A stretch of 64,000 nucleotides of DNA from Acidimicrobiia bacterium (GCA_040878325.1 JBBDMM010000006.1:128418-192417), one strand, 5' to 3'. Positions 9,404 through 19,994 are shown, counted from the stretch's first letter. Program-made: numbers and translations. The notes: generated from the letters alone by a model not told the origin.

Positions 9404-9880
9404 ATGGCACGCAAGGACATCTCGATGACCCCCGGGGAGGTGAGCGCCTTCCTCGAAGCCGGCCACACCATCGTGGTCGCCTCACTGGGGCGGGGGGGAA
9501 TGCCCCATCTGGCACCCATGTGGTACGTGATGGAGGACGGCAAGGTGGTCTTTCGCTCGTTCACCAAGTCGCAGAAGATCGTGAACCTCCAGCGGGACGC
9601 TCGAGTCACCCTCCTCCTCGAGACCGGTGAGAGGTACGCCGAACTCCAGGGGGTGATGATCAAGGGGCGCGCCGTGCTGGTGGACGACCCCGCCTACACC
9701 CTGGGGATCTACGGGCGCCTCGCCGCCAAGTACGCCATGGTCGGCGACAGCCCGGTCGTGCTCGAGGGTGAGGCCCTGGAGGCGGCGTTCGGGCGGTTTG
9801 CCCCCAAGAACACCTCGGTGATCGTCGAGCCCTCGCGGGTGGTCACCTGGGACCACCCCAAGCTGGGCGGGGGGTATTAG
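9404..9880 (+). CDS. Pyridoxamine 5'-phosphate oxidase-like (FMN/F420 split-barrel) protein
   Basis: VASLGRGGMPHLAPMWY, SQKIVNLQRDARVTLL, VTWDHPKL. Confidence 0.82.
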   Translation: MARKDISMTPGEVSAFLEAGHTIVVASLGRGGMPHLAPMWYVMEDGKVVFRSFTKSQKIVNLQRDARVTLLLETGERYAELQGVMIKGRAVLVDDPAYTLGIYGRLAAKYAMVGDSPVVLEGEALEAAFGRFAPKNTSVIVEPSRVVTWDHPKLGGGY

Positions 9881-10024
9881 GCGGCCGGCTTTGCCGGCCG
9901 CCGCAATTCGCAATTCGCTATTCGCAATTCGAAGGACGGGCCGGGTCGCTTCCTCCCGGCCCATTGAGCGGGCTCTGGAGGCGCTCGGTCGGGGGTTTCG
10001 CCCTTCGCTCTTCGCCTTTCGCTC
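9881..10024. repeat. Hairpin plus heptamer arrays R2
   Basis: GCGGCCGGC-TTT-GCCGGCCGC, then about four GCAATTC-type units (9901-9931) and four TTCGCYY-type units (about 9997-10024). Confidence 0.8.
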
Positions 10025-10079
10025 GACGGTTCTGGCTACTAGAAGCCAAGAACTCGCGAAAAGTTATAACCCGCTTGGT

Positions 10080-10112
10080 TTGACAATCGTTATATCGGAC
10101 CGATATAACGAT
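10080..10112 (+). promoter_or_regulatory. Sigma70-type promoter with overlapping perfect palindromic operator (probable PadR autoregulation site)
   Basis: TTGACA 10080-10085, TATAAC 10104-10109; ATCGTTATATCGG-A-CCGATATAACGAT 10086-10112. Confidence 0.8.
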
Positions 10113-10119
10113 CTACACG

Positions 10120-10650
10120 ATGTTGGGCATGGCGATTCTGGGGCTGCTCCGCGAGGGGCCGATGCACGGGTACGAGCTGCGACAGCGGCTGGTCGACCTG
10201 GGCTTCTGGCGTATCTCGTTCGGCTCGGTATATCCGGCGTTGCGCCGGTTGAACAAGTCCGAGTGGGTCGAGATCACCCCAGGGGCGGGACGGCGGAAGG
10301 AATACCGCATCACCGCCGAAGGCAAGGAGCACTTCCAGCAGCTTCTCGAAGACGAGGGCTCCGAGGTGGAGAACACCACCGCATTTCGGGTACGCCTCGC
10401 CTTCTTCCGGTACATGGAGCCGAATACACGAATCGGCTTCCTCGAGCGGCGCAAGGCCGTTCTGCGGGAGCGGATCGCCACGGCTCGAAACTCGTTGCGC
10501 AAGACGGCCGATCGGGTCGACCGGTACACCCACTCCTTGATGGAGCACGGGGTGCGCGCGGCCGAAGCCGACGTGGCCTGGCTCGACGAACTCATCGCGT
10601 CCGAACGAGACGCACCCGATGAGGCGACCGACGCCTCGATGGATTCCTGA
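10120..10650 (+). CDS. PadR-family transcriptional regulator (Rv0047c-like position upstream of ino1)
   Basis: LAILGLL-like N-terminus, PMHGYEL, SFGSVYPALRRL, RRKEYRITAEG. Confidence 0.92.
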   Translation: MLGMAILGLLREGPMHGYELRQRLVDLGFWRISFGSVYPALRRLNKSEWVEITPGAGRRKEYRITAEGKEHFQQLLEDEGSEVENTTAFRVRLAFFRYMEPNTRIGFLERRKAVLRERIATARNSLRKTADRVDRYTHSLMEHGVRAAEADVAWLDELIASERDAPDEATDASMDS

Positions 10651-10666
10651 GGATAGGGAGGACTAG

Positions 10667-11773
10667 ATGGGCAAAGTAAGGGTGGCGATTGCCGGGGTCG
10701 GCAACTGCGCCAACTCATTGATTCAGGGCGTTTCGTATTACGCGAAAGCCGAGGCGGGCACCACGGTCCCCGGCCTGATGCATGTCGAGCTCGGCGGATA
10801 TCACATCCGCGACATCGAGTTCGTGGCCGCGTTCGACGTCGACGCGACCAAGGTGGGCCAGGAGCTCACCAAGGCCATGTGGGCCGGACCGAACGACACC
10901 TACCGCTTCTCCGACGTGGTCGAGACGGATGTGATCGTGCAGCGCGGCCCCACTCTCGACGGCCTCGGCAAGTACTACCGCCTGACGGTCGAAGAGTCGG
11001 TCAGTGAGCCTGTCGACGTCGTCGCCGCCCTGCGGGAGTCGAAGGCAGACGTCCTCGTGGCCTATCTCCCCGTCGGATCCGAGGAGGCGCTTCGCTATTA
11101 CGCCGAGGCGGCGCTCGAGGCCGGAGTCGGCTTCGTGAACTGCATCCCGGTGTTCATCGCCAGCGACCCCGAGTGGGCGCGGCGCTTCTACGACGCCGGC
11201 GTGCCGATCATCGGTGACGACATCAAGTCGCAGGTGGGGGCCACGATCGTCCACCGCACGCTTGCCCGGCTCTTCGAGGACCGGGGTGTGGTAGTCGAAC
11301 GGATGAGCCAGCTGAACGTCGGCGGCAACATGGACTTCAAGAACATGCTCGAGCGCGAGCGTCTCGAATCCAAGAAGATCTCGAAGACCCAGGCGGTCAC
11401 CTCCCAACTCGAGAACGGGCTCCACGCAGACGACGTCCACATCGGGCCCTCGGACTACGTGCCCTGGCTCACCGATCGCAAGTGGGCGTACATCCGGGTG
11501 GAGGGACGGGCGTTCGGTGACGTGCCCCTGACGGCCGAACTCAAGCTCGAAGTGTGGGACTCGCCCAACTCGGCTGGCGTCGTGATCGATGCGGTCCGCT
11601 GCATCAAGCTCGCCCTCGACCGGGGTGTGGGAGGACCGCTGCTGGCGGCATCCTCGTACTTCATGAAGAGCCCCCCGGTTCAGTTCCGCGACGACGACGC
11701 CCACGACAACGTCGAGCGCTTCGCCGCCGGCGAGGATCCGACGAAGCAAGAACTCGCCGACTATCTGGGGTAG
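10667..11773 (+). CDS. ino1: myo-inositol-1-phosphate synthase
   Basis: [47 protein letters not shown]. Confidence 0.96.
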   Translation: MGKVRVAIAGVGNCANSLIQGVSYYAKAEAGTTVPGLMHVELGGYHIRDIEFVAAFDVDATKVGQELTKAMWAGPNDTYRFSDVVETDVIVQRGPTLDGLGKYYRLTVEESVSEPVDVVAALRESKADVLVAYLPVGSEEALRYYAEAALEAGVGFVNCIPVFIASDPEWARRFYDAGVPIIGDDIKSQVGATIVHRTLARLFEDRGVVVERMSQLNVGGNMDFKNMLERERLESKKISKTQAVTSQLENGLHADDVHIGPSDYVPWLTDRKWAYIRVEGRAFGDVPLTAELKLEVWDSPNSAGVVIDAVRCIKLALDRGVGGPLLAASSYFMKSPPVQFRDDDAHDNVERFAAGEDPTKQELADYLG

Positions 11774-11793
11774 GAGCCTCGCTGGGCTCGGCT

Positions 11794-11867
11794 GCGATTG
11801 GCGATTGGCAAGAACGTGGAGAGAAAGTCCGGGGGTCTTCTCTTCTCTTGCGGAGGTGGGAGGCGGG
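11794..11867. repeat. Degenerate modular heptamer element R3
   Basis: (GCGATTG)x2 11794-11807 and TCTTGCGGAGGTGGGAGGCGGG 11846-11867. Confidence 0.65.
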
Positions 11868-11878
11868 TAGCCCTCCTC

Positions 11879-12640
11879 TTACAGCCTCGCTTTGAGCCAC
11901 GCGATGTCCGCGGCTTGCCCCTCGGCATCCCCGGGGGTTTCGACGACGGTGGGAACCCCGGCGGAGCGGACCACGCCGACCAGCACGTCCTCCGGGATCA
12001 TCCCCTCTCCGAGATTGGCGTGGCGGTCGCGGCTTGAGCCGTGGGGGTCGCGCGAATCGTTGCAGTGGATCAAGTCGAGCCGGCCGGTGAGTCCTCGCAC
12101 TCGATCGGGCAAGCCATCCAGTTCCGCCCCCGACGCCCAGGCGTGGCAGGTGTCGATCACCACCCCCACCGGGAAGGCGCCGATCGCCTCCCACAATCGT
12201 CCGAATCCGTCGATCTCCCGCAGGACCGCATTGCCCCCGCCGGCAGTGTTCTCCAGAAGCACCGGAACCGTCACCTCGACCGAGTCGAGCGCCTTGCGCC
12301 AACGGTCGTACCCGACAGCGACATCCTCATCGTCGCCGACATGGCCGCCATGAACGATGACCCCGGCGGCGCCAATAGCCCCCGCCGCGGCCAGGGTGTC
12401 GGCGAGGATCTTGCGACTGGGGATCCGAATCCGGTTGTTGGGTGAGGCGACGTTGATGAGGTAGGGGGCGTGCACGTAGATCGGCAGGCTCGACGCGGCC
12501 AGTGCCGCCGCGTCCGGACGGGGAGGAGGCGCCTTCCACGACTGCGGGTTCGACAGGAAGATCTGGACGAGGTCCGCGCCACGAGCGGCGGCCTCGGGCA
12601 GCGGCTCGGCGGTACCGACGTGGGCCCCGATCGGGATCAC
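11879..12640 (-). CDS. nfo: Endonuclease IV (AP endonuclease family 2)
   Basis: [54 protein letters not shown]. Confidence 0.92.
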   Translation of the reverse strand: MIPIGAHVGTAEPLPEAAARGADLVQIFLSNPQSWKAPPPRPDAAALAASSLPIYVHAPYLINVASPNNRIRIPSRKILADTLAAAGAIGAAGVIVHGGHVGDDEDVAVGYDRWRKALDSVEVTVPVLLENTAGGGNAVLREIDGFGRLWEAIGAFPVGVVIDTCHAWASGAELDGLPDRVRGLTGRLDLIHCNDSRDPHGSSRDRHANLGEGMIPEDVLVGVVRSAGVPTVVETPGDAEGQAADIAWLKARL

Positions 12641-13257
12641 TCGTCGGCCCCGGCGACCCGGGGGCGACCGGCCCGCTGATCGAGGAGGGGAGCCACCATG
12701 TGGGCGGGTCGATCCCACTCATCCGCATACAGGTGGATCCACGGCGGATCGGGCTCAGCACCCGACGGGTCGGAGGGCAGCAGGCCCATATCCCGTAGAC
12801 GGATCGAGAGCACCGAAACCGGCGCTCCTTCGCTGTCGATCACACCAGAGCGGACTTCGACCACCTCCTCCCAAGGAAACAGGCGCGACCTCCGTGCGGG
12901 ACCGTCGACCCGGACCGATATCCCCTCATCGTCCGCCTTCAGCAAGATCGTCGGCAGGACGAGCTCCTTCAACCCCCAGATCATTGCCCCGGACCCGCCC
13001 ACCAGAAGGGCCGACGCGATCACCAGGTCACGCCGCCGTTGGGCGCGGCCGTCTTGGGTCAACGACCTGGAGACGACGTCCACCGACTCGCCGTTCTCGT
13101 TGATGGTGGTGCCGACGACGGATTCGGTGAATGCCGGCTCGGGGAACCAGCGATAGGCAGCCATCATGTCGACCGCCAGCAGGATCGCCGGCACCGCAAA
13201 CGCCGCATACGCCAGCAAGCGAAGAGGCGAACGGGCGATGGAAACGCTGACCGGCAT
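12637..13257 (-). CDS. Hypothetical membrane protein (2 TM)
   Basis: Two hydrophobic segments; GTGA overlap with the nfo start. Confidence 0.65.
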   Translation of the reverse strand: MPVSVSIARSPLRLLAYAAFAVPAILLAVDMMAAYRWFPEPAFTESVVGTTINENGESVDVVSRSLTQDGRAQRRRDLVIASALLVGGSGAMIWGLKELVLPTILLKADDEGISVRVDGPARRSRLFPWEEVVEVRSGVIDSEGAPVSVLSIRLRDMGLLPSDPSGAEPDPPWIHLYADEWDRPAHMVAPLLDQRAGRPRVAGADE

Positions 13258-13294
13258 GGGCTGGAGGGTAGATCAGCAAGCCCCACTCTCGGTA

Positions 13295-13372
13295 CGCAAT
13301 GCGCAATGCGCGACCTGCGGTCCGCGTCCGTGGAGGGTTTGACGCGTCGCGCATTGCACATCGCGCATTGCG
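13295..13372. repeat. Inverted pair of GCAATGC-type arrays R4
   Basis: CGCAATGCGCAATGCGCGAC (13295-13314) ... GTCGCGCATTGCACATCGCGCATTGCG (13346-13372). Confidence 0.85.
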
Positions 13373-14185
13373 CTACTTCCCGAACCTGCGCTCTCTCCGC
13401 GTGAAATCGCGTAGGGCGCGCAAGAAGTCGACCCGGCGGAAGCCGGGCCAGTGGACGTCGACGAACGAGTATTCGGCATACGCCGCCTGCCACAGAAGGA
13501 AGCCCGACAACCGCGACTCCCCGCTGGTGCGGATGACCAGATCGGGGTCGGGTAGATCGGCGGCGTACAAGTGGGCGGCGATCGCCCCCGCATCGATCGA
13601 TTCGGCCATCTGCTCGGCCTCCACCCCGTCGGCGGCCAGCTTCGCCACCAGCTCGCGGACCGCGTCGACGATCTCCTGGCGGCCGGTGTAGGCGAGCGCC
13701 AGGTTGAGCCGCCGCCGCCCGCGCGGCGAAGACGCCGACAACTGACGCGCCGCCTGCTGGAGCCGGTCGGGCAGAAGATGGACGCTGCCGATGACACCCA
13801 CCTGCAGGTCCTCGCCTCCGATCGCCGGCAGCCGCTCGAACAGGTCGATCAGGACCTCGTAATACGGCTCCAGTTCGGCCGGAGGACGTTCGAGGTTCTC
13901 CTGCGACAGCACCCAGCAGGTCATCACCGGCACGTCGAGGTCGCCGCACCAGCCGAGGAACTCGGCGAGCTTGTCCATCCCCGCCCGATACGACGAGGCG
14001 TAGTCGGGAAGGCCGGCGATCCGAGCGAAACGCCGGTGCCCGTCGAGGATCACCCCGACGTGTCGAGGGAGCTTCTCCCGGTCCAGCGATCGAAGGAGGC
14101 GCTCCTCGTAGAGCCGATACAGGGGCCGGGTCAGCGCGGCCCTACGCGGCGATGGCCCGGAACGCCTATCAGCAGACTCCGTCAT
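13373..14185 (-). CDS. cis-prenyl (isoprenyl) transferase, UppS/Rv1086 family
   Basis: PRHVGVILDGHRR, LSQENLERP, LALAYTGRQEI, PDPDLVIRTSGESRLSGFLLWQ. Confidence 0.93.
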   Translation of the reverse strand: MTESADRRSGPSPRRAALTRPLYRLYEERLLRSLDREKLPRHVGVILDGHRRFARIAGLPDYASSYRAGMDKLAEFLGWCGDLDVPVMTCWVLSQENLERPPAELEPYYEVLIDLFERLPAIGGEDLQVGVIGSVHLLPDRLQQAARQLSASSPRGRRRLNLALAYTGRQEIVDAVRELVAKLAADGVEAEQMAESIDAGAIAAHLYAADLPDPDLVIRTSGESRLSGFLLWQAAYAEYSFVDVHWPGFRRVDFLRALRDFTRRERRFGK

Positions 14186-14204
14186 GACCCCGGGGCGATT
14201 CGCT

Positions 14205-15794
14205 TCATGGAAGCCCGCAGACATCGATGCCATCGAGGAACCCCGCCTTGAAGGACTCGAACCGTCTGAAAGCAGTCGCGTAGCCCTCCGTGCCCGCCGG
14301 GGCCGATGTCTGCAGAAAGCCGGCGATGCCCTCGTCGAGGTCGCCCGCCGTGAGGATGATCCCGGTCGGGTTGTCCTCGAAGGTGATGGCCGCGGTCCAC
14401 ACCCCGGTGAGGCAGTCGCGCTGCAATGTGGCGAGAACACCATCGGTCTCGAGACCGGCCTTGTGCTGCACCGCCTCGTGCCACTGGGTGGCCAGCACCA
14501 ACCCGAGAGCGAAGTCGCCGATCTCCGTGTAGAGGCCCGGGAACAGCTGCTCTTCGTCCCAGGCGACGTAGTCCTCCGGCGGGCAGTAGAACACGTTGCC
14601 CTCGTAGAAGGAGGTGTCGGAGGTGAATCCGCCGCACGATGGAAGGTCACCCGACGAGGGGAAGTACGGCACGGTGGAGTCGACCGGGTCCCAAGCCTCG
14701 CCGAACACCTCCGGGTAGACGAGCGCCCAGAACGCCTCGAGCGAGCCCGACAGCAACGCGGCGGCCTCGGCGTAGGGAAGGTCGACGCTCCCGTCCTCGG
14801 CGACGAAGGGAACATGGAAGAACGGGGGCGGCGTGTCCTCGAAGGTGGCGCAGTGCTCGGTGCTCAACGCGTAGCCATCGAAGAAGGCACTCAGCCGCGC
14901 GAACGAGTTGCCATGGGCATTGGGGCCGGTGGGGGCGCTGCCGAGGGAGTCGCCGATCAGCAGGAAGCCTGCCATGCCTTCCTCAAGGTCGCCGGGGTCC
15001 AACTGGAGGAGGTCGCTCTCCATCCTGTCGATCCGCCCGGTCCACGCTCCGGCGAGACAATCGGCCTGCAATTCGGACACGATCGTCGGAACCGAGTCGT
15101 CCAATCCGAAGCGAGCCTGGATCGCATGACCCCACTCATGGGCGAGAACTAGGGCGACGGTGAAGTCGCCGTAGCCCTCGTAGAGCGGTGCCATCAGGCC
15201 CTCCTGATCCCACTGCACGCTGTCGTTGAGTTGGCAATAGAACGCGTTCACCTCGAACTGGTCGGGCGACAGGGGACCGCCGCAGATCGGCACGTCACCT
15301 TCGGAGACGAAATAGGGGCCGAACACCGCGACCGGCTCGTACTCCAGGCCGAACACCGCCGGCAACTCGACAGCCCAGAACTGCTCGAGGTCGGTGATGG
15401 AGATATTGATCAGGGTCTCGATGTCGCGGATCGGCTGGAACCCTCCCGCGGTGGTAGTGGTGGTATCGCCCGTGCTGCGTTGGCAGATGTCCACGATCTC
15501 GACCACGACGGGATGCGATTCGATGTCGCCCTCCGTCTCGAGGTCAAGGAAGTCCTGGAGCGACATCCGCTCCTGGAACTCGTCGATGGTGCAGCGGCAG
15601 AACTCCACCGTCCCATCGACCGAACACCCATCGACAAACGCATCCACGATCTGGGTCGGATACTCGAATGCGGCAGCGGTGGTCGAGGTGGTGCCGGCGC
15701 CAGTCGTCGTCGTGGTGGTGATGACCGACTCACCATCGTCGCCGCAGGCCGCCGCGACCAGCCCCAGGGCGAGTATCAGAACCAGGGTCCTCAT
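14205..15794 (-). CDS. Lipoprotein neutral zinc metallopeptidase with duplicated domain (LpqM/YpfJ-like)
   Basis: Lipobox LVAAAC, Thr-rich linker, NAFYC...VLAHEWGHAIQ...ELQADCLAG; second copy NVFYC...LATQWHEAVQH...LQRDCLTG. Confidence 0.8.
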   Translation of the reverse strand: MRTLVLILALGLVAAACGDDGESVITTTTTTGAGTTSTTAAAFEYPTQIVDAFVDGCSVDGTVEFCRCTIDEFQERMSLQDFLDLETEGDIESHPVVVEIVDICQRSTGDTTTTTAGGFQPIRDIETLINISITDLEQFWAVELPAVFGLEYEPVAVFGPYFVSEGDVPICGGPLSPDQFEVNAFYCQLNDSVQWDQEGLMAPLYEGYGDFTVALVLAHEWGHAIQARFGLDDSVPTIVSELQADCLAGAWTGRIDRMESDLLQLDPGDLEEGMAGFLLIGDSLGSAPTGPNAHGNSFARLSAFFDGYALSTEHCATFEDTPPPFFHVPFVAEDGSVDLPYAEAAALLSGSLEAFWALVYPEVFGEAWDPVDSTVPYFPSSGDLPSCGGFTSDTSFYEGNVFYCPPEDYVAWDEEQLFPGLYTEIGDFALGLVLATQWHEAVQHKAGLETDGVLATLQRDCLTGVWTAAITFEDNPTGIILTAGDLDEGIAGFLQTSAPAGTEGYATAFRRFESFKAGFLDGIDVCGLP

Positions 15795-16147
15795 CACTTC
15801 CTCCACCCCCTCCAGGGTCCCGGCCGGGGCGCGGTGTCCAGTGTCGTCTCGGCAGCCAGCGGTTCGCCATGTAAGTCCTGAACCCGGCCCCACATCCAGA
15901 CGTCGAATGCCTCGGATGAGTCGGCCATGGCTCGTACGGCGGCGTCGGGATTTCGACCCTCGGAAAAGACCACCGCGAGGTGGGTGTCGCCGTGATCGAC
16001 GACCGACACCACCTGGCGGGTGATGCCACGCCGCCGCTGCGACTGAGCCCATTCGATGCGGCGGGGCCCCATCAGCTCGGCATGGAAAGCACGCCACTCG
16101 GCGAGCTTTCCCGCCGCGATGGGCCGGACGGTGATGGTCGCGGCCAC
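15794..16147 (-). CDS. Hypothetical small protein (DUF6176-like)
   Basis: ITVRPIAAGKLAEWRAF...RRGITRQ...SSEAFDVW; translationally coupled to the peptidase. Confidence 0.55.
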   Translation of the reverse strand: MAATITVRPIAAGKLAEWRAFHAELMGPRRIEWAQSQRRRGITRQVVSVVDHGDTHLAVVFSEGRNPDAAVRAMADSSEAFDVWMWGRVQDLHGEPLAAETTLDTAPRPGPWRGWRK

Positions 16148-16213
16148 TGATCCTCCAAATGGCTGTGACGCGGCACAGTAGCCAGTCCTCGGATTCAACC
16201 GGGGGCTACGGCC

Positions 16214-17323
16214 TCAGCCCACCACTCGCTCGTAGAGCGAGCGCAGCCGCCCCGCCCATCGATCCGCGCCGAACTCTTCGTCATACCGCTCGCGACCGTG
16301 CTTGCCCATCGCAGCCCTCTCCTCGGGGTCGCCGGCGAGGCTCGCCACCGCGGCGGCGAGAGCGGCCGCATCACCCGGAGCCACCAGGATCCCGGCGCCC
16401 GGAGTCACGATCTCGGACACCCCACCGACATCCGAGGCGATCACGGGGCGAGACGCGGCGATGGCGTGGATGAGCGCGGTCGGCAGTGCGTCCGCCAGCG
16501 ATGGGTGTACCACCAGGTCGGCCGCCGCCAGGATCCGATCGACGTCCTCCCGAAAGCCGCCGAAAACCACCCGACCCGGCGGGAGGTCCGCCGCCAGGGA
16601 CCGCAATCGGCCTTCCAGCGGTCCGTCGCCCACCAGGAGGAAGACCACGCCGGCAGAGGAGCGCGCCGCCTCCAGTAGTACCTCGTGACCCTTCCCCGGA
16701 CGCATGACCGCGATCGTGGCGGCAACCAAGGCATCGGGAACGATCCCCAGCTCGGCCCGCACCGCGGCGCGAGTGCCTTCGAGGGGCTCACCGGGGTCGG
16801 GCACGCCGTTGCGGATCGTCACCACCCGGCCGGGCTCCTCGGCGAACTCCTCCAGGTACCAACCCCGCATCGCCTCCGAGACGGCCACCGTGGCCGCCGC
16901 GGTCCGCCTCCGGGACCTCGCCGCGAGGTTCCGCTTGAAGAGGGCGATACCCGAGACATCTCGTTCGATCACATGGAGGGTGGAAACGTGGGGGATCCCG
17001 CTCCGCGAGGCCACCCTGCCGGCGATGAAGTCGGCGTGCTTGAGGTGGGAGTGGAGCACGTCAGGCCGTCCGATCTCGACTAGCCGACGCAGCCGACGGG
17101 GACCGCGCGGATCCCACCAGGCGCGGAGATCGAGCGAAGCCACCCGGGCTCCGGCGGCGCGCAGCTGCTCCGGATAGCGGAGGCCGTCGGTGGGGAGCAT
17201 GCTCACCACCGTCAGGTCGATGCCGGCGCCGGCCGCCACCGAGGCCAGGTCGACGAGAACATGCTCGGCCCCACCGGGGCCGAGGTCGTGAATCAGATGA
17301 AAGACGCGGATGGACCCCGGCAT
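16214..17323 (-). CDS. Glycosyltransferase family 4
   Basis: GPGGAEH, DVLHSH, TIRNGV, KGHEVLL, FGGFREDV...PSLADALP, VIASDVGG. Confidence 0.9.
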   Translation of the reverse strand: MPGSIRVFHLIHDLGPGGAEHVLVDLASVAAGAGIDLTVVSMLPTDGLRYPEQLRAAGARVASLDLRAWWDPRGPRRLRRLVEIGRPDVLHSHLKHADFIAGRVASRSGIPHVSTLHVIERDVSGIALFKRNLAARSRRRTAAATVAVSEAMRGWYLEEFAEEPGRVVTIRNGVPDPGEPLEGTRAAVRAELGIVPDALVAATIAVMRPGKGHEVLLEAARSSAGVVFLLVGDGPLEGRLRSLAADLPPGRVVFGGFREDVDRILAAADLVVHPSLADALPTALIHAIAASRPVIASDVGGVSEIVTPGAGILVAPGDAAALAAAVASLAGDPEERAAMGKHGRERYDEEFGADRWAGRLRSLYERVVG

Positions 17324-17353
17324 GAGGACTCATCGGCGCCTCGGAGCAAGGGC

Positions 17354-17535
17354 ATGAGGGATGAGGGATGCGCAATACGGAATACGCAATGCGCGATGCG
17401 CAATGCGCAATGCGCGACCGGTCGAGCGCGTGCCGAGGGTCAGGACGGGCTCTTGCGGATGGCGGAAGGCGGACGGCCTTCTTGCTGGAGACTGGAGACT
17501 GGAGACTGGAGACTGGGGACTGGAGACTGGAGACT
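17354..17535. repeat. Complete modular heptamer element R5
   Basis: (ATGAGGG)x2, GCAATRC/GCGATGC array 17371-17416, CGCGTGCCGA 17427-17436, TCTTGCGGATGGCGGAAGGCGGA, CTTCTTG, (CTGGAGA)x7 17485-17533 with one variant unit. Confidence 0.95.
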
Positions 17536-17569
17536 CCTATCCACCCAATTCCCCTAGCCTCGCGCGGCT

Positions 17570-19009
17570 ATGCGAATCCTCGTCACGGGTGCCACTGGTT
17601 ACATCGGGGGTCGCCTCGTGCCGCGGCTGCTCGACGCGGGGCATCAGGTCCGTTGCCTGGCTCGCAGTCCCGCCAAGCTCGCCCAGCACCCGTGGAGGCG
17701 CGAGGTGGAGGTCGTCGCCGGCGACGTGCTGTACGCCCCCTCCCTGAAGGAGGCGGCCTCCGGCTGCGACATGGCCTATTACCTGGTCCACTCTGTGGCC
17801 GCCGGCAAGGGCTTCGCCGACCTCGACCGATCCGGCGCCGACAACTTCCGCCTCGCCGCCGAGGACTCCGGGCTGCGGAGGATCGTGTACCTCGGAGCGC
17901 AGGGGGCGGCCGACGGCATCCATTCCCGCGTCGCCGCGGTCCGGCACGAGGTGGGTGCAATCCTTGCTTCGGGGGTGGTGCCGGTGACCGAGATCCGGGT
18001 GGGACCGGTGATCGGCTCGGGATCGCGGTCGTTCGAGATGGTGCGGTCCCTCACCGAGGTCAGCCCGATCCTCCTCGCCCCGCGTTGGGTGCGAAACGAG
18101 TGCCAGCCGGTCGGGGTGAGAGACGTCATCGAAGCCCTGACGTCTGCCGCCACCGACGCTTCGGCCCACGGCCGCGTCGTCGAGCTCGGCGGGCCCGAAG
18201 TGCTCACCTTCTTGCAGATGATGAAGATCTACGCCGACGAGGCCGGCCTGCGGAAGCGGCGGGCGATACCGGTGCCGATGACCGCCGCCCGACTGTCGTC
18301 GCTGTGGGCGGGGCTGGTGACCCCACTGCCGGCGCGGGTGGCGCGTCCCTTGATCGAGGACCTGCGATCGGGTCTCGTGCCCGAGTCGCCCGAACCGCTG
18401 GTGGACGACCCCACCCCATATCGTGTCGCCCTTCGCCGGGCCCTGTCGCGGCTTCCGGGTGGGGTGATCACCCGCTGGTCCGATGCCGAATCCCACCCGC
18501 CGGCGCCGGAACCGAACCGCTCCTGGCGGGGCGAGATCGTCTACATGGACCGCCAGGTGGTGCCCACCGACGCCGAGACCGCTCACCTCTTCTGGGCCTT
18601 CAGCCGCATCGGCGGCAGTGTCGGGTACTACGGGCTCGATTGGGCATGGCGGATACGCGGCCTTCTCGATCGAGCAGTGGGCGGTCCCGGACTGCGGCGC
18701 GGCCGACGGCATCCCAATGAGTTGCGGGTGGGTGAGGTCGTCGACTGCTGGCGGGTCGAAGAGGTGGAACCGGGAAGGCGCCTCCGCTTGCGCGGCGAAC
18801 TCAAGATCCCTGGTGAGGCGTGGCTCGAGTGGGAGACCCGTGACACCGAGTTCGGGGCCGACCTGATCCAGACCGCGTGGTTTCGCCCGCGGCGGTGGCG
18901 AGGCCGGGTGTATTGGTACGGAATGCTCGCCGCCCATCGCATCGTCTTCCCGCGGATGGCGCGACGCATCGCCGCGGCCGCTGAAGAACGCGGGTACTCG
19001 ACGCGGTGA
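17570..19009 (+). CDS. NAD(P)-binding (atypical SDR) oxidoreductase with C-terminal DUF2867 (YbjT-like)
   Basis: ILVTGATGYIGG, YYLVHS, QPVGVRDV, WRIRGLLDR.VGGPGLRRGR, WRVEEVEPG. Confidence 0.88.
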   Translation: MRILVTGATGYIGGRLVPRLLDAGHQVRCLARSPAKLAQHPWRREVEVVAGDVLYAPSLKEAASGCDMAYYLVHSVAAGKGFADLDRSGADNFRLAAEDSGLRRIVYLGAQGAADGIHSRVAAVRHEVGAILASGVVPVTEIRVGPVIGSGSRSFEMVRSLTEVSPILLAPRWVRNECQPVGVRDVIEALTSAATDASAHGRVVELGGPEVLTFLQMMKIYADEAGLRKRRAIPVPMTAARLSSLWAGLVTPLPARVARPLIEDLRSGLVPESPEPLVDDPTPYRVALRRALSRLPGGVITRWSDAESHPPAPEPNRSWRGEIVYMDRQVVPTDAETAHLFWAFSRIGGSVGYYGLDWAWRIRGLLDRAVGGPGLRRGRRHPNELRVGEVVDCWRVEEVEPGRRLRLRGELKIPGEAWLEWETRDTEFGADLIQTAWFRPRRWRGRVYWYGMLAAHRIVFPRMARRIAAAAEERGYSTR

Positions 19010-19785
19010 ACCTGCCCGAGACGCTGCTGATCACAGGGGTGGTCACCGCGCTCTCGATGGTGGTGGTGTGGTTGGTCAGCCTTGCCCTCCACAACGCCTC
19101 GATCGTCGATCCCTTCTGGGGCACCGGCTTCACGATCGTCGCGTGGACCGCCTTCATCGCGGCGGGGGACCGCGGGGCGCACGACTTGCTCCTCGCCCTG
19201 CTGGTGACCCTTTGGGGAATCAGGTTGTCGGGCCACCTCCTCTGGAGGAGCATCGGCAAGGAGGAGGACTACCGCTACCAGGCCTTCCGCCGGCGATGGG
19301 GATCGCGGTTCTGGATCGTCAGCCTGGTCACGGTGTTCCTGCTCCAGGGGGTGCTGTTGTGGATCGTCTCGCTCCCGGTGCAGGTGGCGATGCTCGCTCC
19401 GGGGGAGATCGGCCTGCTCAGCGCGATCGGCATCGCGGTCTGGGGTATCGGGCTCTCGTTCGAGGCGATCGGTGATTGGCAACTCGCCCGCTTCAAGTCC
19501 AATCCCGACAACCGGGACCAGGTGATGGATCGGGGTCTGTGGCGATACACCCGCCACCCCAACTACTTCGGCGACTTCTGTGTCTGGTGGGGGATCTTCA
19601 TCGCCGCCCTGGATCCCTCGGGGACCGCGTGGACCGTCATCGGGCCGATGCTGATGTCATGGCTGCTCATCCGGGTGAGTGGCGTGGCGACGCTGGAGAA
19701 GACGATCGCCAAACGCCGCCCCGGCTATGAGGGATACGCAGCGCGCACCAACGCGTTCTTCCCGGGCCCGCCGCGACCCGAGTGA
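19006..19785 (+). CDS. DUF1295 membrane protein (steroid 5-alpha-reductase/ICMT-like)
   Basis: [37 protein letters not shown]. Confidence 0.9.
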   Translation: MNLPETLLITGVVTALSMVVVWLVSLALHNASIVDPFWGTGFTIVAWTAFIAAGDRGAHDLLLALLVTLWGIRLSGHLLWRSIGKEEDYRYQAFRRRWGSRFWIVSLVTVFLLQGVLLWIVSLPVQVAMLAPGEIGLLSAIGIAVWGIGLSFEAIGDWQLARFKSNPDNRDQVMDRGLWRYTRHPNYFGDFCVWWGIFIAALDPSGTAWTVIGPMLMSWLLIRVSGVATLEKTIAKRRPGYEGYAARTNAFFPGPPRPE

Positions 19786-19994
19786 GGTCGACCGGTCAGG
19801 TCTCGACCGAGCCTTTCACCGAGTCGCCGTGCTCGTCCCGCTTCTTTCGCTTCACGAACGCGACCGCGATTGCGAAGAGCGCCGCCATGCCCAGCCACTT
19901 CTTCTTGGATGCCATAGCAGAAGGCTACCCGCCTGGTCGATGCCTGTGGCACCCCGCCTCCCTGCCCTCGATTCACCGCTCTAGCCTCTGCGAC

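Noticed and set aside
13373-14815. ORF-track N-terminal extensions (also 52571..54064, 14205..16097, 9164..9880, 28745..29710)
   Set aside because: Extensions overlap neighbouring genes or spacers; family homology starts at internal start codons.
17354-17535. Heptamer arrays as a CRISPR array
   Set aside because: Units are 7 bp and contiguous with no unique spacers; no cas genes in the window.
17361-17747. ORFs translating the repeats (RNAQCAM, ETGDWRL; also 7481..7834, 21258..21476, 13299..13691)
   Set aside because: Peptide periodicity is a by-product of 7-mer repeats; they overlap real genes and lack family motifs.
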